A stretch of DNA of 64,000 nucleotides, from assembly GCF_000002075.1 (NCBI RefSeq), contig NW_004797415.1, positions 848,096 to 912,095 of the forward strand, written 5' to 3'. This document shows, one piece after another, positions 55,201 to 64,000 of this stretch. The notes under the pieces were generated by a model that saw only the letters and a list, made by a program, of their open reading frames with translations, did no database searches and had not been told where the DNA came from. Positions within the stretch are counted from its first letter, which is position 1. Every line of letters begins with the position of its first letter. The position numbers and the translations under genes are program-made. This DNA comes from Aplysia californica. Taxonomy: Eukaryota.

Positions 55201-57884
55201 CAAATGTCTTTTCTCCTCGCCCAGAATGTCATATGCAGCAGCGTCCATAATAGGGAAAATAGGTGCAAAAACAATATTGGCCATCAAAAAGATGAAGAAA
55301 ATCGCTATGAAAGTTCTGTCAAATGATGCCCTCTTTTGATTGCATTGAAAAGTCTCTGAACACGTGACCTCACACTCAAAAGACATTTCTCGGTCACAAA
55401 GAATTCGTCGACCTTCATGTGTAGAGTTGTTTATCGACGAGATATTTCTTAGGTCATAATCACGGCAGGAGTCAGAGCCGTTCAGGTATCTATCTGGGGC
55501 AACGAGTGAATGGATGTCATTGACAGTAAAATTCAAATGGCTACTGAAGGTGAGCTTCTCACTGCAGCGACGGCTGCCATTGTGAGGTCCTGTATCATTG
55601 AAGCAAGCCGTGAACAGTGACTTTGACAGATCAGCTCCAGTTCTACACCACAGCGAACATGAGATGGATTCATTCTCCCTGTCCGAGATGGACGAGTTCA
55701 AGAAATTCAGTCCTGCTTGGCACGAGTCCTGGGAGCGGCCATCATCGCAGTCATGAAGAAACGAATCTTGGGAGTTACAGTGCAGTGTCGTGCTGATGGA
55801 AACACTGGGTACAGCAGGACGGAAAGGAACAAACAGTAGCAGAAAGTAGAAGACACCTGAGAGAAGGAGGGAAAAAAAACCAACACCATAACTAAAACTA
55901 AAACTTTTTTTAGTCAACCATTTATATACTACATTGCCCTAACTCTAAGGACCTTCAATTGCTTCTACATACTGTTGTAATGGAAAGTGAATGTATAGGA
56001 TTATTATTGAATGTAAACAAAACAGATGCATGGTAATACAAAAAAAAAAAGCAGCAGCAAATCCTATTTGTAATCTCATAATAAGCAAAAGTGAAAAGAT
56101 CAAACAAGTCTAACAGTTTGAATATTATATCTAGGATTATATTAAATAACATCTGATGCCAAATGTTCCACAGAAATAAAACGAAGAATAAAAATGGCAA
56201 AGGCTAGTTTCAATAAAATGAGCCCAATCCGGAAAATTAGAAACATTTCAAAGACTATCAAAATGAAAGTTCTGAAATGCTATGTATGGTCAACCCTTCT
56301 ATATGGCTGCGAATGTTGGACAATCACTAAAGACAGTGAAAATAAATCAAATGAGCTAGTACTTGATAACTTGATGAAGCCCACGTGGGACGCTCACTGT
56401 TAAAAACAACCAGGAAACGACAAATGCAATGAATAGACATAAAAGTCTTCAACATCTAGCTTTCACTAGCAAAATTGAAGGCAAACGAGGCAGGGGTAGG
56501 GCCAGAGCAACCTACTTAGAGAACCTAAACAAATGGGTAACGGGGAAAGATCAGGGTAATGTAGCTTTTTAAGAGCATCCGAGCAAAGGAAAGAATGGAG
56601 AACCATGATTTCCGATGTCTGCCGCAGATCTGGCACTTGATGATGGTGATGATTGTCCTAAGCCCGTTAATAAATGTCAAACAATTTTCACAACACATTA
56701 CAAAATTTGGACACTTCCGCATAGGTATCTGCTGGTAAAGTGTGCAAATATAAAGTACGATTGTTTCGCAAGAAAATTAAATTTTATTTCTTAAATGAAA
56801 AAAGGTAAGAAAAAACAGCATGATAATCTATTGTAATTTGGGGTAGGGGTATGAACTTTTGTCAACAAACCTGTAAAAATGGTCGCCAAAATCAGAACAG
56901 CTTTGTGTTTCTTTAGTTTATCAGCCACAGCTCCTATGATGGGTCGCATGAAGAACCCGACAAAGGGCATGACCCCATAAATGATGCCTGTCTCTTTAGG
57001 TGACAATCCTAATGCACGCATGTGCAGGGCAATGAAGGGCAGCAAATCTCCTACAGCTGTGAAAAATGAAAATAAAACTGAATTGAATAACACTAACAAA
57101 CCTTAGCTCAAAAAGAATTTGTGGCACAACATGCAATGAGCAACTGTGAATCGATTTCTAATTGTTGATTATTTAATTTCTTCTAGTTCTAGAGCAAAAA
57201 GTACATTCCGATAAGTAAGATATACCTTCATTTAAGAGGGTGGTGGCAAGGTTTACAAAGAAACTGTTTTAAAATTCAGTAAGAGAAACTAAGAAGAGCC
57301 AGGAAAATATTCAAGCCAATATATCTAATCTATAGAGGAGATTACCCCTCCAGCATTACTCACCCCCCCCCCCCCAAAATAACCCAAAAAATAAAAAAAA
57401 AAGAATAGAGGAAGCAGGCACTATGCAATACAGATAATCCCCTCCTGAGATCTACCGTCTATTGCCCCAGCAATGACACAAATGTACATTTTCACCATCA
57501 ACCTAATTTTTTGTGTCTGCTTTTGACTTGGATGGAAGAGGTGAAGACACTACCACACAAATATATTAAAATTTTTTAATCAAATTGTCATTAGATTTTT
57601 CTTTTCACAAATACTCCAGGCCTGATATGCACCATTACTGGAGCATGGCTTAAAATCAAATGATTGCAGTATATATGTGCTACAGATTTCAGCTTTAGTG
57701 AACTGCAGTAAAATAAAAATGGTGACAGTTTACCTGACATAATCATGAAGTAGTAGCTCTTGACAGGCAACAGTTTTTTATTTATTGTACATGCGGATGT
57801 TGTTGCAGTGGGTGGAGACTGCCCACGAGGAGATGGGGTCCGTTGAGGATGATACTCCTCAGCAGGAGTTCCGTTCTCAGCCAT
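46119..57884 (-). CDS. MFSD6: MFSD6-like MFS transporter, paralog B; spliced CDS complement(join(46119-46213,46958-47128,51849-52113,53005-53194,55019-55856,56871-57056,57734-57884)), 1896 nt = 631 aa
   Basis: GT-AG introns with the same phases as gene A. Motifs: NKKLLPVKSYYF, GAVADKLKKHK, WGKQRAWGTLG, PPGMSATIQGLLAGLQFGFGKGIG. Confidence 0.9.
46958..47128 (-). CDS. MFSD6: MFSD6-B coding exon 6
   Basis: gtgcag|GC ... GGGG|gtgagt; 171 nt. Confidence 0.92.
47541..47837 (-). mobile_element. SINE family 1 3' half (47541-47757) plus a second tail-bearing fragment (47770-47837)
   Basis: Two copies of ttttacggcgctcgcaactgc; the body matches the 3' half of the SINE. Confidence 0.8.
48419..49150 (-). 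pseudogene. Two orphan exon-like segments of an unidentified gene (49150-49061 and 48689-48419) inside MFSD6-B intron 5
   Basis: Strong splice signals: catccacag|TAT...GAT|gtaagt, and ctaac-tctttctgtacag|TTT...CTTG|gtaagg. The phase 0-0 junction gives ~120 aa of open frame unrelated to MFSD6. Confidence 0.5.
49191..49832. mobile_element. hAT-like MITE
   Basis: TIR TA(A/G)AGTTGGG(T/G)CG(G/A)GC; subterminal GGTAACGAAC repeats; no TSD visible. Confidence 0.65.
49835..50011 (-). mobile_element. SINE family 1, 5' fragment
   Basis: tRNA head with A and B boxes on the minus strand; truncated at the adjacent hAT-like element. Confidence 0.8.
50277..51312. mobile_element. hAT-like element with 6-bp TSD
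   Basis: TIR CATAGCTGCC(A/G)CT; direct repeat atctag at 50271-50276 and 51313-51318. Confidence 0.75.
50620..50881. mobile_element. Foldback MITE nested in 50277-51312
   Basis: ~30-bp TIR GGCACTCCTGTACAATTGCGGTCCCGTTTG with a (TAGATC)n interior. Confidence 0.75.
51331..51796 (-). mobile_element. SINE family 1 copy lacking the 3' tail
   Basis: Reverse-complement match to head and body; flanked by taaggt direct repeats. Confidence 0.85.
51849..52113 (-). CDS. MFSD6: MFSD6-B coding exon 5
   Basis: gaacag|CTG ... TTTG|gtgagt; 265 nt. Confidence 0.93.
52525..52872. repeat. Minisatellite, ~30-bp unit (cagactgcacacttagaactgttgga), ~11 diverged copies
   Basis: Visible directly in the sequence. 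Confidence 0.85.
53005..53194 (-). CDS. MFSD6: MFSD6-B coding exon 4
   Basis: tttccag|A ... GAG|gtgagt; 190 nt. Confidence 0.93.
53946..54130. mobile_element. Small Tigger/pogo type MITE
   Basis: TIR CAGTGGAGTC; TA TSD. Confidence 0.8.
55019..55856 (-). CDS. MFSD6: MFSD6-B coding exon 3 (Cys-rich loop)
   Basis: ctctcag|GT ... AT|gtgagt; 838 nt. Confidence 0.93.
56185..56652 (+). mobile_element. RTE-clade LINE 3' fragment
   Basis: MAKASFNKM...KVLKCYVWSTLLYGCECWT, KIEGKRGRGR remnant and (TGA)n tail. Confidence 0.8.
56871..57056 (-). CDS. MFSD6: MFSD6-B coding exon 2
   Basis: ttcacag|CT ... ACAG|gtttgt; 186 nt. Confidence 0.93.
57734..57884 (-). CDS. MFSD6: MFSD6-B coding exon 1 (MAENGTPAEE...VKSYYFMIMS)
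   Basis: ATG at 57884 preceded by an in-frame TAA; donor G|gtaaac; upstream acceptor ttttgcag near 57952. Confidence 0.85.
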
Positions 57885-58259
57885 TGTCACAGAGAATTAT
57901 CTCTGTTCCAGCATCCCTTCACACTAAAAAAAAGCACTTGTAGTGCTGCTCCTGCAAAATGGAAAAAGAATGTCATAATAATACAGAGGCAGGTAAAAAG
58001 TCAGAAAGCAATTACACTTAAAGTTGTATTTCTACAATCTGGAAAAAGCCGGTTATTTTGTTACATTTTATATATCATTTATATATAGTCGAACCTGTGT
58101 AAGACGGCCACCCATTGTCAAGGAGAAAAGTGGCCGTATAAGACAGGTGGCCATCTTAGGTAGGACCGATCAAGATGAAGAAAACAAACCCCATTCCCAA
58201 TCGAAAGTAGCCGCATTGCTGTTTTTGTTGGTGGTTTGTATTTTGTTAGTTATTTTTAT

Positions 58260-59214
58260 GGCCGTCATTATTCGGACTCGAGTCCGAAAAACATTTTTTC
58301 ATATTCGGACGCCAGTCCGAATAAAAAATTTCATATTCGGAGAAAAAATGTTATTCGGACACGGGTCCGGAAAAAAGAAAGTGTCTTCGTTCTATAGATA
58401 TCTAACGTTCAGTGCTTCCAATTTTCCGCCATTTTTTAGTTTCCCCCACACCTTGTCTGCTGATCCGATGCCCGCCGCCTCATTGATACGCCCCCCCCCC
58501 CCAACCCCCCATGTTTCCCACTTTCTTTGTTGTAGAAAAATGTAAAATTGAAGATTAGCAGATCTCCTGGCACCTGCATATTATGAGCTGTGTAAAAAAA
58601 AAAAACCAATTCGTTAAAATACACAAGCCTGTGTCGTCTCGATTGTTTACCAAGAAAAAGTTGTATGCTGTGTAGAGCCGAGCATACGGCAACTTTTGAT
58701 TCCAAAGACCAGCGCACAATTCATTACGTAGATCTACGTCAAGACTAGCTTATTTATTGTAATAATGATCAGTTGCCGGGGGTGGGGGGGGGGGGACTGA
58801 CGCATATGCGACGTTCAACGCCCAGACCGATAGCGCCCCCCCCCCTCCTTCCCCGACACGCACACACAGCCGCACGTGTGCAGGCCGCCCATCCGACCCC
58901 AACACACGCTAACGAGCCATCTTTAATTGTTTCTGAAGACCTCTTGACAAATAAACATTTATTAGAAGCGCTCTAACTTTTCAGGCCGGCCTCAAATTCA
59001 TCATAAGATAAAAACTCGGCTCCGGCACAATTTAACGCCATTTTGCCCGAAATGATCCAGGTCTCTACCCAGCCTGAGGCGAGTCACGAGTGAGGCAGGA
59101 CAGGAAGCAGGAGTCACGAGTCACAGGAAGTTGGAAGTGATGTCATGCTGGACAAGAATCAGAGTCCGAATAACATTTTTTCACATTTGGACTCGAGTCC
59201 AAATAGTCACTTCG
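58260..59214. mobile_element. Mutator-like non-autonomous element, 9-bp TSD
   Basis: TSD tatttttat (58251-58259 / 59215-59223); subterminal IR TATTCGGACTCGAGTCC; right end TAGTCACTTCG. Confidence 0.75.
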
Positions 59215-60068
59215 TATTTTTATTTTGTGGCTGATTTTGTGCCAGGGTGACAATAAAACGATAGGCCACCTCTATTCTCACCTGGAGTGAGAATAGTGCA
59301 GGCGAGTCTTGTGGCTATTCTCACCCGGTGCGCGTTCACCAAATTTTGCGTTCACCCTAAACCACAGAATTCTACACTGTGATAACAGAAAAATTGTAGA
59401 ATTCTGTGCCGTGAACAAACGTTCCATTACAACTGTAGCCTACTAAAAGCGTACAATTTTGTCTGTGGGCAATGGAGAGAGAGAGAGAAAGAGAGAGAGG
59501 AGTAGCCCGAGAATTTCCGGGCAAAACAAAATGGCGACCCGCGTAGTTCGGCTCGATTCGAAAAGTTAAATAGCCGTAGCATCTTTGTAGACAACCAAAT
59601 TAATTTCGTATATTACCCCTTCAACCTGCAAATTACCCCCTTAAAGTTTTGGTGGTGCGTGAGCTTTACTCTTTAAAATTTCGATTCGGGGGTTTGCATA
59701 CGCTTTAAAACTCCGGTAGTGTGCGTCTTGCAATCATCATTTCCCCCCTTCTCTACCCCGAAGCCGAGTCAATGATTTAACTACACACCCACACACATAA
59801 CACCGCAGTCACCTTTTATCTGGGACTCTGTGTCAGAAGCAGAAGACCTAGAATCTACTCATCAGCTGCGCGCAGTTCCCGGCGACACCGGCTTGCTTGA
59901 GCACAGAAGCTCCGCCCACATTGTGGTCGCTCGCATTATATTTGCCGGTGTCGTGCCTTGAGTTTACCCTTGTCGTGAGATTACCCCCCATCCTAGATCT
60001 AGTAAACTTGAATTGTCCACCATCGAACGACTGGGATGGCTCTGAAGAATAAGGAATTAGTTATTTTC

Positions 60069-61402
60069 CAATCCTGCCACTCATCCCGATGTTTTCGGGA
60101 TATCCAGATTTTTTTACCTAAATTTCCAAGCATCTCGATTTTCCCAATGTTGACCCGTGTATTCGGATTTTGAATTTTTTTTTTTGGTTCCGTCTGTTGT
60201 GCCGGATCTTTTGTAAAATCTTACTCTGCCTTCTTTTCTGTCGTGGGAAGCACTCGTTAAACTTTTTGTCAGTAGAAACTCGAAGCACTATTTTCCTAAA
60301 TGTCTATGTTGAATCTAGTTGTTGTGTTGGATCTTTGCACGTCAGTGTTGTTTCAAGAAACATAATATAATGGAAGTAGTATTGGTTGGGATATTCTCAA
60401 GACCTAGGCCCTAAATCATAATCATTTTCGCTTTTATTTTTGTTTCAACTCAGAATTCTCCGATGATGGCCTGACTGATAGCTGTTTAGTTTAAATTGCG
60501 ACGCACAAATGATCAATATTATTCGTAGTTCTGCTATTACTTTCAAAACAAGCTTTATCCGAGTTCTGGTTAGCCGGGCTCGTCATCAAGACCCGTCAGT
60601 AAAACTCTTTCAATCGCGCTTTCGCACCACGTGACATGTCTCCGACCAAAGTGAGTTCCGCGTGTATTGTGGACCGTCCGTTTACGGGGTCAATTTAAGT
60701 TCATGCACACCGGCTGAAGCGTCTTTTGGGACTTATCTGGGGGGGGGGGGGGGGTGTAAAACACTTAAACTAGGACAGCTTGACGTGATACTTCGAGATT
60801 TAAAAAAAATAATGGTAAAACACACACAGGCACGGGTATGCACACGCACACACTCACCCCCCCCCACACACACGTATACAAACACATACACATCCCTGGA
60901 AATTGTTTAAGTCAGTTTGGCAGTGACGTTGGTGATTTGTCGTTGATCCCGATTTTTTTCCCCCACTGAGATCCTGACTTTTAGTTTTTTAAAGTTTTAG
61001 TAGAGGTTTTACGGCGCTCACAACTGCATAAGGTCATATGAGCGCCGAGGGGTGGATGTCAACAGAGAAGTCCTTACAGGGAATCAGACTTACTCTGCTC
61101 TCCTCTCTAGCTTCAACAGCACAAAGTCTGCTTTGACTATCAAGGCACCCCGGAAATAGCGGGTCACAACAGTGTGACAAACATACAAAAGAAGTAGAGG
61201 GAAATGACGATAATAAGGATTAGGAAAGAAAAGGCAGCACAGTAATGAGTATGACATTGTTAGATCAGCCCATTTACAATTCTACTGAGCACTAGCACGA
61301 GAAATGTCCCCCCTTTGGGAATGACCTAAAGACACTTCAGTCAGTGGCACTGCCCTGGGGGGGTTGATCCTGACTTTTAGATTTCATTGATTGGCAGGTC
61401 TG
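60069..61402. mobile_element. hAT-like element with 6-bp TSD nested in 59264-62176
   Basis: TIR CA(AT/GA)CCTGCCA(C/A)TC; TSD attttc. Confidence 0.6.
60985..61365 (-). mobile_element. Short retroposon family 2, second copy
   Basis: 15-bp TSD gatcctgacttttag (60970-60984 / 61366-61380). Confidence 0.85.
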
Positions 61403-62319
61403 ATTTTCTTTGTGCATTACAGTTGGAATTGACCCCTTTTGGTTTGTCAAATTTATTTTATTTTTGATTGGCTCAACCACCACCACCCTTCCACCCTCCA
61501 AATGGACACAACTCTAAGTGTAGTCAATATTACTCATTTATTTCTTGTTGTTACTAAGAAACCTTAAGTTAATTAAAAAATTGTTAGCATTCAATAAGCA
61601 TAGTAATGGTCACTATATGTGTGTCTTAGTTTAGTTTAGTACAGGGTTTTACGGCGCTGGCAACTGCATAAGGTCATATGAGCGGGCGAAACACAAGTTG
61701 GTAGCATATTCGCAACAGTTCACTGCACGGTTGGTCGACAATTCGATTTTAAAATGTTAAAATACTAACATTCAGTGTAAATATATTTGCGATTTAAAAC
61801 AACTCTTATAAATAACTATAAAAATTTTGTGTCTGTGTGTATGTGCGTGCGTGTGAGTTAAATGTTTACATGCAAAAATTCTTATACTATAAAATTAGGA
61901 AATGATTGACTTTTACCCTTTAAGTTTTAAGTTTCTAAAACAAGGGTTTAAATACCCCTTAAAAGATAGAAAACCAAAGGGTGAAAGAACCTCTTAAGTT
62001 TGTCTGAAAAGGGGAGCCCTGTTTACTTTTGTGTTTTAACATCATTTTTTAACTTTGTTTTGGTCAATTTGATCGTCCACACCGATAGACAGTATTCAGA
62101 AAGAGACAGAGAGAGAGAGAAGAGGGGAGGAGTTGATCTTGCGAGAACTTCCGGGCGGGTGAGAATAGCCACTTTCAAAACGAAATGTGTCAGACTGGGA
62201 GGATCGAGTGCTCTATGGTAAAACAATCACACAGGTCGCCACCACTTGGAGAGCGAGCGACGCTTCTGTCACAAGTTCATGTTGAGTCCGAATAGCCACT
62301 TCGTCAAGAAATAAGAGAA

Positions 62320-62996
62320 GGAAGAGGCTAGCCGTACTTAAGTACGGCTAGACTGGCAGTCTAGCCGTACTTTTATTCATCTTAATATGATGGCTAGGGC
62401 TAGACTGACCATTTACAAAAAATAGGCCTACTGAATTGTAAATATACATTTTTAGTGTGCAGTACCTAAAGCATTTGTATTTGAGACGAAACCAGGTGCC
62501 TTAATGACAGTGTATGTTATTTTAAACCTCCTGTTTTCTAATGTTAAATTAAAAACAAGCCCAGCCTAAGATAAGTACGGCTAGACTGGCAGTCTAGCCG
62601 TACTTAAATACGGGTAGACAGCCAGGCTAGCCGTACTTAAGGATGGCTAGACTGTCAGGCTAGCCGTACTTAATATTGATGGCTGAATTGTAAATGAAAT
62701 TTTTAGTTTGCAATGCCAAAAGTATTTGTATTTCAGACAAAAACAAAATTAAAAAAAAGGTGCCTTACTGACTACAGACAGTGACTTGCATTATTTGAAC
62801 CTGAATAATTACTAGATCTAGATATATTAATATTAGATCTAATGAGACCTATGTACTTAACAGGCTTGAGTCGATTGGGCCAAACCTAATCTAGTTCTAG
62901 ATTTCTAGATCTAAGTACGGCTAGACTGGCAGTCTAGCCGTGTACTTAAGTTTAAGTACGGCTAGACTCTCACCACGGCCACGGCTAGCCACTTCG
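62320..62996. mobile_element. Mutator-like MITE, 9-bp TSD
   Basis: Perfect TSD ataagagaa (62311-62319 / 62997-63005); TIR GGAAGAGGCTAGCCGT vs CGAAGTGGCTAGCCGT; internal palindromic AAGTACGGCTAGAC repeats. Confidence 0.85.
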
Positions 62997-64000
62997 ATAA
63001 GAGAAAAAGCTTCGGGTAGAACAACAATATTTTATGGAAACGATGGCTAGCCTACTAGATTAGATCTAGATTTCTAGTACTGGCGTTTCAAACAGCATGG
63101 GAGCTATTCAGAACGCAGCGTTTCAAATAGAATAGCACGGGAGCTCGAGAATCTAGGCTATTCAGAACACAGCGTTGCAAACATAGCGGATAGCGCCTGC
63201 CAAAATAAGTCTCTGAGTTATTTAACTGATTTTAAAATCCGCACGAGTAAAATTCTAGTTCGTAGATTACACATTACCTTTTAATGGAAATTTTATCGTG
63301 GTTTCATTAACTCTTTCACCACAGCATGGCAACCGGCATCAAAACGAAAAAAAGTATTATTTTGTAAAATGTGTTGCAAATACCGCCATATTGATTGTAA
63401 TTATTTGTGCCAGAGTTTCTCGCCCTTGGGTGGGTCGGTAGACAAGGCCTAGGCCTAAGTCCAATTACCAGAACTATTGAGATACAAAATTTAGTTTCAC
63501 AACAAGTACATAGGCCTAATAATAATCGTAATGGCTCGAATAATAATATCGTAGCCTAGGCCAGCATTGCCTTCCTAGATCTAGATCTAGATCTATATCT
63601 AGGTCTAGATTCTAGATCTAGATCTACGAAGCCCAACTTTTGGAAAAATAGTTTTAACTTATTTTGTCTCAGACAAAAAAATTATTCCATTAGTTTAAAA
63701 AAAAACTATTTGGGGCCTTCTTTTATAGGCTAGACTAGATTCTACTTGTTATAGGCCTAGAAATCTAGATCAAAATCTAGTATCAAGGCTAGGCCTAGTG
63801 GCATGATGGGTGACAAGTTTTAAACGCCATAGGCCTAGACGCCTATCATGAGTGGATGTTTCGGTATTTATGTGGTTGGTTGTGTGTTGGTCAGTCGTCA
63901 GTCAGTCAATGTACTGTGTGTGTTTGTTGCTGTTGCTGTGTTGTTGTATTATTGACCAACACCATCGCCTTGTTTATTTGGGGTTTATTTGAGTGTTGTT

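Larger units (their letters stand above)
59264..62176. mobile_element. Mutator-like element, 9-bp TSD, carrying nested insertions
   Basis: TSD aaaacgata/aaaacgaaa; IR CTATTCTCACC; right end TAGCCACTTTC. Confidence 0.7.
58086..62285. mobile_element. Disrupted second copy of the 24405-25214 MITE (pieces 58086-58259, 59215-59263, 62177-62285)
   Basis: The pieces align collinearly with the left third of the intact copy. Confidence 0.85.

Noticed and set aside
58024-58545. 173-aa ORF with a TM-like segment, similar to the 24494-24847 ORF
   Set aside because: The similarity comes from a shared MITE, and the frame crosses an insertion junction.
63278-63400. Candidate first non-coding exon of gene B (minus-strand donor AAG|gtaatg), and the analogous 1600-1781 region for gene A
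   Set aside because: Plausible but not supportable without transcript data.

Overview
Eukaryotic, AT-rich, repeat-rich animal DNA from a draft assembly with 4 N-gaps. The repeat content suggests an invertebrate, possibly a mollusc; this is an inference. The window is dominated by two complete paralogous MFSD6-like major facilitator superfamily genes arranged tail-to-tail. Gene A (+, CDS 4821-16724) has 7 coding exons and encodes 634 aa. Gene B (-, CDS 57884-46119) has 7 coding exons and encodes 631 aa. All six intron positions and phases match between them. Both proteins carry a 12-cysteine extracellular loop. They differ in N-glycosylation load and at potentially functional transmembrane residues, including a TM1 Asp found only in B. 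The 29 kb between the stop codons shows a strand-composition switch near 29-30.5 kb with opposing AATAAA signals, which suggests very long convergent 3' UTRs. The rest is mobile DNA: tRNA-derived SINEs, a headless ~400-bp retroposon that shares the SINE 3' stem-loop tail, RTE LINE relics, Tc1/pogo MITEs, and Kolobok-, piggyBac- and hAT-like elements. It also includes a cluster of 9-bp-TSD Mutator-like elements forming a four-level nest upstream of gene B. Two in-phase orphan exons of an unidentified gene lie in intron 5 of gene B. No prokaryotic systems, CRISPR arrays or rRNA genes were found. All calls come from reading the sequence by eye, with no database searches.
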